Below are positions 26,633 through 34,446 of a stretch of DNA of 46,612 nt, one piece after another. Made by a program: the position numbers and the translations under genes. Each line of letters begins with the position of its first letter. The stretch's first letter is position 1. The notes beneath the pieces are model-generated. The model was not told where the DNA came from. It ran no database searches and worked only from the letters and a program-made list of their open reading frames with translations. Location: positions 1 to 46,612 of IMG/VR virus record IMGVR_UViG_3300017700_000619; one strand, 5' to 3'. The stretch is from a virus. Lineage: Duplodnaviria > Caudoviricetes.

Positions 26633-26779
26633 TCAGACCTCGTCCTCGTCGGGTATGTCTTCCTCGTAAAAGTCTTCCGGCTCGGCCTCGACGGTTGGGA
26701 AATACTTCTCCAGCAGGTCGGGGAACGGGAAGCCGCCCACATCGGCGCGGGGTGCAAATGCTTCAAGCATAGGGGTCAT
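26633..26779 (-). CDS. 48-aa highly acidic protein
   Basis: SD-like CAGGAG immediately upstream of ATG 26779 (unusually short spacing); overlaps the end of terL; 15 Asp/Glu versus 2 Lys/Arg. Confidence 0.5.
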   Translation of the reverse strand: MTPMLEAFAPRADVGGFPFPDLLEKYFPTVEAEPEDFYEEDIPDEDEV

Positions 26780-28121
26780 ACTCCTGTTGCCGGGTGTAGG
26801 GGTCGTATTCTGCGGCGGCCTGTTGGGCCAGGCGCTCCATGTTCTCAAACCACTGTTCGCGTGGGGTTTTCTTCTCGACAGGCGCCGCGAAGGTCAAGGC
26901 CAGGGCGTCGCCAAAATCAGGTGACGGGATACCCCGGTCGCGCAGATCGTCCTTGCTTTCAATCTGTTTCTTGTGCTGCGGGTCGTAGTGGTAGGTCGGC
27001 GCCGCCAGATCCTTGCGCAGCTCGGCGTGCTCGGGCAGGGCCATCATCGGCACAAGGTCGGCCATTTCGCACCACATCTCGGCGCGCTTGTTCTTGTAGA
27101 TATCGCTGATCGGCTTGCCCCCGAAATGCACGCCGATGATGGGGTAGTTAAGCTTTTCAAGCTCGTAGATCACAGCCTCGCCATAGGCGCGGTCGCAGAA
27201 GATGGCGTCCACGCTGTACTTCTGAATCAGCTCGATTGCCTTGGCGATCAGCGTGGCGCTGTCGATCCCCGGAATGCCGAAGATGTGGCGGACGATCAGG
27301 CCCTGCCGGATGACAATGGCGCTGCGGTCGCCGCCGAACTGCGCCGGGTCGATGCCCATGACAACAGGGGCGTAGTTGTACTGGTCGGGGCGCAGGTGGC
27401 GGCGCATGGCCTCCAGCACATCGCCCTGGGAAATGAGCTGGTTCTCGCCGGCGGCGTTGAAGTCGCACAGCATCTCGCGGGCGAATGACAGCTCTGTCAT
27501 GCTCAAGCGGAGGCGTTCGACCTCCTCAGGGTCCAGGGCGTTGGTGTCGTAGACCGTGTAGATGGCGCGATGCCAGTTCTTCGGGTCCTTGGCTGCGTTC
27601 TCGTACAGTTCCGAGAACAGGTTGACGCCGTTGGGCGTGCCGATGAACCAGGCCCAGCCTTTGCGGTCGGCGAGCGCCGGCTGCACGATGTCGTCCCAGA
27701 CTTCCGGGTCCATCTGCGCGACCTCGTCGAGCACGATGCCGTCGATGCGCAGGCCGCGCAGGGCGTTGGCATTGTCGGCGCCGAACAGGCGAATGGTCGC
27801 GCCGTTGTGCTTGAACACAACCGAGAGTTCGCTCTCGTTAACAGTGACAAGCTCACGGCGAATGAGTTCGGCGAGCCGCTGCTTGAGACGGACCCAGGCA
27901 ATGGCCTTGGCCTGCTTGAGGAACGGCGCGATGTAAACGAAGAACCCGAGGTCCAGCTTGAAGGACAGGGCGTCGTCGACGAGTTGCGCAATGGCGGCCT
28001 CGGTCTTGCCGGCGCGGCGGTGCAGGGCGAACACGTTGAAGCGCTTGCGCTCCTCGTGAACCTGGCGTTGCCAGTCCCGCGGGTAATAGCCGAGGTTTAC
28101 GACGGGCGAATTATCTTGCAC
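26763..28121 (-). CDS. terL: Terminase large subunit
   Basis: HRRAGKT Walker A, IVLDE Walker B, IGTPNG coupling motif, GIDPA nuclease motif, SPD.GDALALT. Confidence 0.95.
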   Translation of the reverse strand: MQDNSPVVNLGYYPRDWQRQVHEERKRFNVFALHRRAGKTEAAIAQLVDDALSFKLDLGFFVYIAPFLKQAKAIAWVRLKQRLAELIRRELVTVNESELSVVFKHNGATIRLFGADNANALRGLRIDGIVLDEVAQMDPEVWDDIVQPALADRKGWAWFIGTPNGVNLFSELYENAAKDPKNWHRAIYTVYDTNALDPEEVERLRLSMTELSFAREMLCDFNAAGENQLISQGDVLEAMRRHLRPDQYNYAPVVMGIDPAQFGGDRSAIVIRQGLIVRHIFGIPGIDSATLIAKAIELIQKYSVDAIFCDRAYGEAVIYELEKLNYPIIGVHFGGKPISDIYKNKRAEMWCEMADLVPMMALPEHAELRKDLAAPTYHYDPQHKKQIESKDDLRDRGIPSPDFGDALALTFAAPVEKKTPREQWFENMERLAQQAAAEYDPYTRQQEYDPYA

Positions 28122-28317
28122 GGGCCGCCCACTTCCTCGGCTGTTTCACGAGAATAAGGCTGTCGCGATGGTAGATACGGGCCTGGCAGTCGGAGCGCTC
28201 GCACACAACGGCCGAGTGCCCAGCGTCGAGGAAGCCGACGACGAGGAAGTGCGCGCCGCTGTTCTTGTGCTTCACGACAGCGCCGAAAGGCACAGGGTTA
28301 TGGGTTAGGAAGCTCAC
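28111..28317 (-). CDS. Hypothetical protein
   Basis: 68 aa, overlapping both neighbours. Confidence 0.55.
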   Translation of the reverse strand: MSFLTHNPVPFGAVVKHKNSGAHFLVVGFLDAGHSAVVCERSDCQARIYHRDSLILVKQPRKWAARAR

Positions 28318-28619
28318 GCAAATTCGCTGAAATCATCAGCAGGCTTGGGCTTGCTGGGTACGCCCGTAACCACGGTCAGCGCGACAGCAGCGTCCAGGTT
28401 GCCCTCCAGTTTCGTGGGTATGAGCTTGGTCGCCATCCTGTAGAACTCGGTTGGGTTCTTCATCGCCCAATCCTCCAGGCTGATGCCGGGGATGTTGTAT
28501 TTGTTCTCCTGCAGCGCATGGAATGCATGCTCAAACGCTTCCTTGACGGTGCGGTTCAGCCTGTTCATTCCGCCAGGTTTGCGCCCCGGCTTGCCCTTCT
28601 CTGCTGCCTGTTCAGTCAT
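28314..28619 (-). CDS. terS: Terminase small subunit (putative)
   Basis: GRKPG..N.....KEA and WA..NP.EFY....KLIP motifs; upstream of terL; start at ATG 28619. Confidence 0.7.
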   Translation of the reverse strand: MTEQAAEKGKPGRKPGGMNRLNRTVKEAFEHAFHALQENKYNIPGISLEDWAMKNPTEFYRMATKLIPTKLEGNLDAAVALTVVTGVPSKPKPADDFSEFA

Positions 28620-28654
28620 GGGGTTGAGGGCGGCCGAAGCCGCCCCGTTTCCTC

Positions 28655-28915
28655 TTACTTGCCGATCACAACGCTGGTCTTGCGACGCAGGGTAGCCCAC
28701 GCTGCATAGAGGCCGATCGCCTGCATGACGACGCCGACGAGGTCGTCCTTGTTCGCGTTCACGAAGGTTGCGACCGTGTTCACAAGCTCGCCGTCCGAGA
28801 CGGACTGAGCCATGCCCAGGGCGAACGACAGGATAGCGGCCCACATGGAGTTGGACTGCCACCACTGTTTTTCTTCAACGGGCGTTTCGAGGTTGGTTTC
28901 TTCCAGGGCGGGCAT
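28655..28915 (-). CDS. Holin-like two-TM membrane protein
   Basis: KQWWQSNSMW motif, two hydrophobic segments and a basic C-terminus; SD AAGGA. Confidence 0.6.
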   Translation of the reverse strand: MPALEETNLETPVEEKQWWQSNSMWAAILSFALGMAQSVSDGELVNTVATFVNANKDDLVGVVMQAIGLYAAWATLRRKTSVVIGK

Positions 28916-28928
28916 AGCGACGGGTTCC

Positions 28929-29681
28929 TTAGTTGATGACAGGGGCGCCGGTTTCAGGGTCGGTTCCGACACTGACAGGGGCTGCGGGTTGCTCGACGAC
29001 GGGCTCGGCAGGGGCTGCGGGCTCGCTGACGACTGGTTGTTCAACAACGGGTTCGGCGGGCTGCTCGACAGCGGGTTCAGCGGCGGGTTCAGCAACCGGA
29101 GCTGCAGGCTCGGGGGCAGGCTCGACAGGAAGCGGTTCTGCAACGGGCTGCTCCGGGGCTACAGGCGGCTCGACAGGAGCCGGGACGGGTTCGACCGGGA
29201 CAGGAGCCGGTTCAACAGGAACGGGCTCAGGGGCCGGTGCAGGCTCGACTGGCGCCGGTTCTACAGGCTCGGGGAGCACAGGCTCGACGGGCACGAGGAC
29301 AGGCGGCGGTTCGACCGGGGCAGGGACAGGCTCAACGACCGAGGGTGCCGGTTCGGGCTGGGGCGCCGGTTCGATGGGGGCAGGAGCTGGCTCTACGGGA
29401 GCAGGCTCAACCGGAAAAGGGACGGACGGGGCTGCCGGCGCCTCCTGCGAGCCGAGCGTCACGGACGCGGCGCGCACGGTCGCCAGGTAGCCGTCGATCA
29501 CGGCGACCGCAGCAGCGGCCTCTGCCTGGATCTGGGCCTTGGCGTCGACGAGGGCGACGCGCTGTGCTTCGGCCTCGACGAGGGCTTGCTTGACGGCTGC
29601 GTCACGGGCGAGCGCTTCGGACACGATCGCGGAGGCGTCGGCCTTGACCTCGGAGAGGTTGGTGTTGAGTTCTTCGGACAT
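28929..29681 (-). CDS. Coiled-coil plus Pro/Glu/Val/Ala-rich repetitive protein
   Basis: 250 aa; SD GAGGAG; first gene after a late promoter; VEPAP-like repeats. Confidence 0.75.
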   Translation of the reverse strand: MSEELNTNLSEVKADASAIVSEALARDAAVKQALVEAEAQRVALVDAKAQIQAEAAAAVAVIDGYLATVRAASVTLGSQEAPAAPSVPFPVEPAPVEPAPAPIEPAPQPEPAPSVVEPVPAPVEPPPVLVPVEPVLPEPVEPAPVEPAPAPEPVPVEPAPVPVEPVPAPVEPPVAPEQPVAEPLPVEPAPEPAAPVAEPAAEPAVEQPAEPVVEQPVVSEPAAPAEPVVEQPAAPVSVGTDPETGAPVIN

Positions 29682-29711
29682 GGCGGGCGGCTCCTCGATG
29701 TGGAAGTGCGA

Positions 29712-29744
29712 AGCCTACACCAGTCTGGCTTGTGTCTCCACCAC
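29712..29744 (-). promoter_or_regulatory. Putative late promoter GTGGTGGA-N19-TAGGCT at the head of the late operon
   Basis: Repeated motif directly after a strong terminator. Confidence 0.75.
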
Positions 29745-29758
29745 GCGAGCTTGAATCG

Positions 29759-29797
29759 AAAACGCCTCGCCCTGTACTGGGGCGAGGCGTTTCTTTT
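29759..29797. terminator. Bidirectional intrinsic terminator
   Basis: AAACGCCTCGCCC / GGGCGAGGCGTTT stem with A/T runs on both sides. Confidence 0.85.
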
Positions 29798-29995
29798 CCG
29801 GGACCGAGCCAGTCTTAGCTAGTGACCAACAAATCCCAAACCTGCGGCGCTCTAACCTGCCTGAGCTACATTCCGGGTTCGACCCAGACGACCGGATTTG
29901 AACCGGGGACCTCCGCCATGTGGCGCTCTGCCAATTGAGCTACAGTCAAAAGCTAATTCAACCGGAAGGGATCGAACCTTCAACCTCCACTGTCC
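29760..29995 (-). ncRNA. ncRNA with two tandem circularly permuted tRNA-like modules (YrlA/Y-RNA-like): module 1 at 29920-29990, module 2 at 29844-29916
   Basis: Each module reads closing stem, AGGTY, T arm (GGTTCRAnnCC), hairpin-closed acceptor stem, TA, D arm (GCTC...GAGC), G, closing stem; no anticodon loop and no CCA. Confidence 0.75.
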
Positions 29996-30022
29996 GAACC
30001 TTTGCACAACCCCACCATGTCG

Positions 30023-30274
30023 TCAACGGTGGATTTTGAAATGGGCGATGCCCTTGGCGACGGCCGGCGTGACCTCGAACTTTTCCGCCAGGGTTTCGTA
30101 GGACCACAAGCCGGTTTCCCACAGCGATCGGAGCAGTTCGACCTCGCTGGGGCGTAACAGGTCATCGCTTGTTGAATGAGGCAGACTTGAGGCAGGTGCT
30201 CGGCGGCGCCGCCGACCAGCCATTCCGCCAGTGCTTCGGGAGGCTCTTGTCGATTTCTGCAAGTTGTCCCTCAT
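30023..30274 (-). CDS. Small HTH DNA-binding protein
   Basis: C-terminal SYETLAEKFEVTPAVAKGI helix-turn-helix pattern. Confidence 0.55.
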   Translation of the reverse strand: MRDNLQKSTRASRSTGGMAGRRRRRAPASSLPHSTSDDLLRPSEVELLRSLWETGLWSYETLAEKFEVTPAVAKGIAHFKIHR

Positions 30275-30282
30275 TTGGCCGG

Positions 30283-30405
30283 ACCCACAAAACCCACACT
30301 ACGGGCCCCCCTAAAGGGGGGTCCCTCGCGTGTGGGTGTGTTTGTGGGTTTGGGTCGTACCCACAAAACCCACATTGTGGGTCTGTTGTGGGTTTTGTGG
30401 GTACG
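30283..30405. repeat. Iteron / inverted-repeat cluster, putative replication origin
   Basis: ACCCACAAAACCCACA at 30283 and 30359; perfect 19-bp inverted repeat 30356-30374 / 30387-30405; directly downstream of the primase-helicase. Confidence 0.65.
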
Positions 30406-30432
30406 TTTCAGCGACGCGAAAACAGCCATTAC

Positions 30433-32346
30433 TCACCCCTCCTTGTTGGGTTTTACGGACACAGTTTTGCCTTGAACGACCAGCCAACCGTCCATGACCA
30501 GGTTCTCGAAAGCCCTCCGGGCCATCTCCCGGCGCCGGTCAACGCCGTTCGGATCGGCCGGAACAACCTGCATCGCCCGGTCCAGAACGAGGGCAATCGG
30601 CACCGCTCCGTCACACAAATCGAGGTTGTCCTGGACTGTATCCCAGACCACCAACTGCCATCTGCCCTTAGGGATACCGCGCGGTTTTGTCGCAGCCATT
30701 TCGACCCATTGCACCACGCAAGACGTGATCGGGTCGCCGTCGCTATCCTGCCCAAGCTCGACCGTGTTCAGGCGGAAAGCGAACTGCCCGCCATCCTCGC
30801 CATCCTTCTGCTTGGACACACGGAGCACCCGGTCATCGCCCTCGCGGGTGATCTCCAGTTCACAATCCATGGCGGCCTTGATCCCCGACCAGCCCCGCGC
30901 GCCGCGGGTTGCGTCCTTGCCCGAGTGGTGGACGAGGACGACCATGGCGCCGGTCATCGCGTGCAGCTCCTGGCAGCGGACCAGGACCTTGCCCATGTCC
31001 TCGCCGCTGTTCTCGTCGCCGCCGGCCGTGACCTGCGCCAGCGTGTCCAGGACGACAACGTCGGCCCCGCCCGAGGCGTTGATCTGGTTGGCGAGGAGCT
31101 TGTGGTCCTCCTTAAGAAAGTTCGGCCGGTCGGCGACAACCCCGAATGGTAGAGCGGCCAGGTCCACGCCGAAGTGCTGGCCGTAGGCTCTGGCCCGGTT
31201 GCGCATGCCGCCGGCGCCCTCGGCCGCCACATACACAACCCGGCCCTGCCGGACGCGCTTGCCGTTCCACGGCTCACCCCTGGCGATAGCGGCGCACATA
31301 TCGAACACCTCGAACGACTTGCCCGAGCCCGACTCGCCATAGACACAGCCGAGGCCGGCGGCGGGCAGCACGCCCTTGATGATCCACTGGGGGGAGGGGC
31401 CTTCGGAGAACGAGCCGACCGGAACCACCTCGAACTTCGGGCGTTTGATCGGTTCTGGTAGCTGGGTCAGGTCGTCGAAGTCGTCGGCGCTGACACCTCC
31501 CGACATGGAGATCAGGCTTTGGACAGTGACGGGTCGGCCCTTGTAGTTCCCAAAGCTGTTCCAGTGGCCGGCGAGATCCGCGCGACTCTTGTACTTGCTG
31601 CCGCCAGCGCTCCACTCGTCCCAGAGATCCAGGCCCCATTCGGCGCCCTCCGTCTCATGGTGGAGAGCTGCACACACCTTGGTCCACTCGTGGTAGTCAC
31701 AGTCAGGATCAAGCCGCGAGAGCATCCCGCGAAGGCGGTCAGCAGCCAACCCCTTGGGCGCCGCATTCGTCGACGGAAGGGGAGTGGCGGCAAGGCTGCG
31801 CCACAAAGCGAGAAGCCCCTCGGGTAGGGGCGGGAGGACAGACCAATGGCCTGCAAGGTCGTCGCCATACTCCCAGGTGTAGGGCTTCTGGGTCACAGGA
31901 TGGATGGAGGGGGGCAGCACGTCCTGCACCGTGTAGCCTGTCCTGGCGGCGCAGCGGAGTTCAAGGCCCGACTCGCGCGGGCGTTGCGAGATCAGCGAGA
32001 GAGGGTCGACGCCATCAGGAATGCGGTAGAGAAGCTTCGCGCGATTGGGGCGGCCGGAAGAGATCCTGACAGCGTCCGAGGCGTCCAGCAGGGCCTGGCC
32101 GTCGAGGCCGGCGGCGGTCAGGTAGGGCAGGGCGAGCTGCAGGTCGTCGAGATCAAGCGCGCAAGTGCCTGAGAGGGCGTGGCATAGCCCCATGTTCTGC
32201 GTGAAGTGCTCGGCCTCCTCGGGGTCACGGGTGACGTTCTGGGGGTGGTTCCAGTCTGGATGCTGCGGCCCCTTGCGATCTGCAGGGAACTCGACAAGCG
32301 ACCAGCCCTGCGCCGCGTAGGCGCGAGCTGCTTCTGAGATTTTCAT
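30433..32346 (-). CDS. Primase-polymerase (bifunctional Prim-Pol) + PriCT-2 + RepA/AAA_25-type helicase
   Basis: ALDLD, VLPPSIHP, WDEWS.GGSKY, GESGSGKS, VVLDT, HHSGK...RG.S motifs. Confidence 0.9.
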   Translation of the reverse strand: MKISEAARAYAAQGWSLVEFPADRKGPQHPDWNHPQNVTRDPEEAEHFTQNMGLCHALSGTCALDLDDLQLALPYLTAAGLDGQALLDASDAVRISSGRPNRAKLLYRIPDGVDPLSLISQRPRESGLELRCAARTGYTVQDVLPPSIHPVTQKPYTWEYGDDLAGHWSVLPPLPEGLLALWRSLAATPLPSTNAAPKGLAADRLRGMLSRLDPDCDYHEWTKVCAALHHETEGAEWGLDLWDEWSAGGSKYKSRADLAGHWNSFGNYKGRPVTVQSLISMSGGVSADDFDDLTQLPEPIKRPKFEVVPVGSFSEGPSPQWIIKGVLPAAGLGCVYGESGSGKSFEVFDMCAAIARGEPWNGKRVRQGRVVYVAAEGAGGMRNRARAYGQHFGVDLAALPFGVVADRPNFLKEDHKLLANQINASGGADVVVLDTLAQVTAGGDENSGEDMGKVLVRCQELHAMTGAMVVLVHHSGKDATRGARGWSGIKAAMDCELEITREGDDRVLRVSKQKDGEDGGQFAFRLNTVELGQDSDGDPITSCVVQWVEMAATKPRGIPKGRWQLVVWDTVQDNLDLCDGAVPIALVLDRAMQVVPADPNGVDRRREMARRAFENLVMDGWLVVQGKTVSVKPNKEG

Positions 32347-32426
32347 AGGGCCTCTACTGTAGGGCGATCAGAGCGAACGCCAAAACGGCGCAGATTACTG
32401 CGCCGTAAAAGAAAGCTGCCTCGGGG

Positions 32427-32696
32427 TTATTTTGAATCCAGCGCATCGCCATCCCCCACCAGTTCCGTAATCCGCGCTCTCAGTTCCACGAAACCGTGTT
32501 CCCCGAACGCATTCAAAGCCGTGCGCGATTCACACAGCAGCTCCAGGCATTGTTCCAACACGGCGTGCTGGGCCTCGACCCGTGCGCGAAAAGCGTCGCG
32601 CTCCGTGATGGCGCGGGCTGCGATCTCTCGCAGCCCCTTGTTATCGGCGCGGGCCTTGAGGTCGACGAATTTACCGTTGAGATTGAGGCTGGGCAT
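32427..32696 (-). CDS. Hypothetical protein
   Basis: 89 aa in a tightly coupled leftward operon. Confidence 0.6.
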   Translation of the reverse strand: MPSLNLNGKFVDLKARADNKGLREIAARAITERDAFRARVEAQHAVLEQCLELLCESRTALNAFGEHGFVELRARITELVGDGDALDSK

Positions 32697-32950
32697 CAGC
32701 GGTCCTCCACGATCAGGGGCTGCGGCGCGTTTTGCAGCGCAGCTTGGTCCACCAAGTATTTGGTAACGTCGTCGAGACGTCGCTCTGCGACCAAGGTTCG
32801 GCGCGCGAGCATATACTTCTCGAACCAGTCTTGGCTTTCCCTTCGCAGGCGGGACACCTCCCGGTCTGCAGCCTCCGCGTAAGCCAACCCAGCCTGTTTG
32901 AGTTTTACGATCTCGGCCTCAAGGGCCGCTACTTTCCGCCTGTTGAACAT
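32696..32950 (-). CDS. Hypothetical coiled-coil protein
   Basis: ATG 32950 overlaps the upstream stop. Confidence 0.6.
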   Translation of the reverse strand: MFNRRKVAALEAEIVKLKQAGLAYAEAADREVSRLRRESQDWFEKYMLARRTLVAERRLDDVTKYLVDQAALQNAPQPLIVEDR

Positions 32951-33336
32951 CAGATGAACTCCCCATTGCGCCACTCGCGGTAGACCGTGCGGCCTCGGTA
33001 GGGTTCGACGCACTCCAAACACACCACAAGCAGGTGTTCCTCGGTGCTTATAGGCGCCGAGAACTCAGCCTTATCCGATACTGAGGATAGTTTAGGCACC
33101 TCGCGGCGCCGCTCGCGCTCCTCGTAAACCGGCAGGCCGTAAAGCTCATACTTCGCACCGTTGCGATGCGCTGGTGTGAAGTACATCTGCATATCCATGT
33201 CGTGCGAAAACGCACGAATGGCGGCCGGGGAGAGGCGCCACATACAGGGGTCAAGTCGGTCCTGTTTGGCGCGGTAGAACACTTCGGAAGTAATCTCGAC
33301 GTAGACCGGGTCGGCAGGTTTCGCTGGCTTTCCCAT
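32950..33336 (-). CDS. Hypothetical protein
   Basis: 128 aa with coupled start and stop. Confidence 0.6.
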   Translation of the reverse strand: MGKPAKPADPVYVEITSEVFYRAKQDRLDPCMWRLSPAAIRAFSHDMDMQMYFTPAHRNGAKYELYGLPVYEERERRREVPKLSSVSDKAEFSAPISTEEHLLVVCLECVEPYRGRTVYREWRNGEFI

Positions 33337-33737
33337 TAGTCACCCAACAGGTCAGTGATTTCAGCGAGCAAAACGGAGACCCGAGCCGTCGCCGGATGCG
33401 TCGACAGCGCCTCGCGCGACCGTTTCAACAGCCCCCGCGACTTCTCCAGGGCCACGTCAGCCTGCTGGAGCAGTTCGCGAATCTCGGGGGCTACAACCTG
33501 CTGTTTATTCAAGGCTTGCTGCTCTTGGCTGCAGGTGCGGCACAAGCCGGGACCTCCACAGCGGGCCTTCACCCCGTCAGAACGGGGCACAACCCAACCG
33601 TGGCCGAAGTACCCGCTGCGCAGGTTCATTTGCACGGCCCCTTGGTACTGAACTGGACCTTCCAAAAGCTCCTTAGCCCTTCGGGTTGCCTCCGCAGTCT
33701 CCGCGATACCGTCCGCCAATCCGTTAAGCACGTCCAT
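33336..33737 (-). CDS. Hypothetical protein with GHGWV.PR.DG.KARCGGPGLC..C putative metal-binding motif
   Basis: SD AAGGAGG; His/Cys cluster. Confidence 0.7.
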   Translation of the reverse strand: MDVLNGLADGIAETAEATRRAKELLEGPVQYQGAVQMNLRSGYFGHGWVVPRSDGVKARCGGPGLCRTCSQEQQALNKQQVVAPEIRELLQQADVALEKSRGLLKRSREALSTHPATARVSVLLAEITDLLGD

Positions 33738-33748
33738 TCAGTCCTCCT

Positions 33749-34018
33749 TCATTCCCGTATCAACAAATCCCGCAGTCGCGGGTCGATCAGTTCTGCACGC
33801 TCGACGCCGAACTCGGCTTCGATCTCCACGATGCGTTCAACCGGGACGTAGCCCCGTTTCTCCCACTCGCTGACGGCCTGCTGGGACACGCCCAGATGGT
33901 CGCCGAGCGCCTTCTGCGAGCCCGCGATCGTGATAGCCTTTTGTATTCCGGTCATTTCTGCCCACGGTATGTAATTTTGCGCCTCGAATTTCATTGTACG
34001 TCCGTCCTTGGTAGCCAT
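33749..34018 (-). CDS. Cro/YdaS-like HTH regulator
   Basis: AGSQKALGDHLGVSQQAVSEWEKRG HTH. Confidence 0.85.
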   Translation of the reverse strand: MATKDGRTMKFEAQNYIPWAEMTGIQKAITIAGSQKALGDHLGVSQQAVSEWEKRGYVPVERIVEIEAEFGVERAELIDPRLRDLLIRE

Positions 34019-34121
34019 CTGTCGCCTCTCCAGCTTTTCTGGTTAATACGACAAACAACGACTTGTGGGCGGCGTAGGTTCCTTAGCGTAAGCTATACGC
34101 GTTGCATTTTTGCCGCTTGCG

Positions 34122-34307
34122 CTAGCCAATGCCGAGAGCGTAAAGCCCGAAGCCGCCGGCCAGGACCGCGAAGAACGAGACGCCCATAACAAAGGACAGG
34201 GGATCTTCGCGCAGCCATTTGCGCCGCGAATACCGGACCACGAGGCCCAGGCCGAGCACCAGGTAGAGAGCTGCAGCAATCGCAGCCAGTGTTTGCGGGG
34301 TCGTCAT
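34122..34307 (-). CDS. 61-aa two-TM membrane protein
   Basis: SD GAAGGAGG; two hydrophobic helices; first gene of the leftward early unit. Confidence 0.6.
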   Translation of the reverse strand: MTTPQTLAAIAAALYLVLGLGLVVRYSRRKWLREDPLSFVMGVSFFAVLAGGFGLYALGIG

Positions 34308-34338
34308 CCAACCGTCCTCCTTCAGGAGTGTTAAGCGT

Positions 34339-34410
34339 CCCACAAGTTCGGCTTGTGGGTCAATAGCATTTATTTTCGGGAACCGGATTGACTTGGTTTC
34401 GGTTGTCGTG
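34339..34410. promoter_or_regulatory. Divergent early promoter region with operator-like palindrome CCCACAAG-N5-CTTGTGGG
   Basis: TTGACC (minus strand, 34363) overlaps the palindrome at 34339-34359; TTGACT (plus strand, 34388). Confidence 0.6.
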
Positions 34411-34446
34411 TTTGGGTACAAGTCGAAGGTTGTTGGAGGACAGCAA

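Noticed and set aside
26580-26645. Hammerhead ribozyme (CTGA...stem...GAAA...stem on the minus strand)
   Set aside because: The core reads CTGATATAA rather than CTGANGA, there is no proper UH cleavage site, and the CTGA is explained by a stop codon.
29885-29948. Canonical tRNA gene read from the D arm of module 1 to the T arm of module 2
   Set aside because: The anticodon arm collapses to GCCA-CA-TGGC with no 7-nt loop, the acceptor stem pairs poorly and there is no CCA. The permuted two-module fold pairs better.
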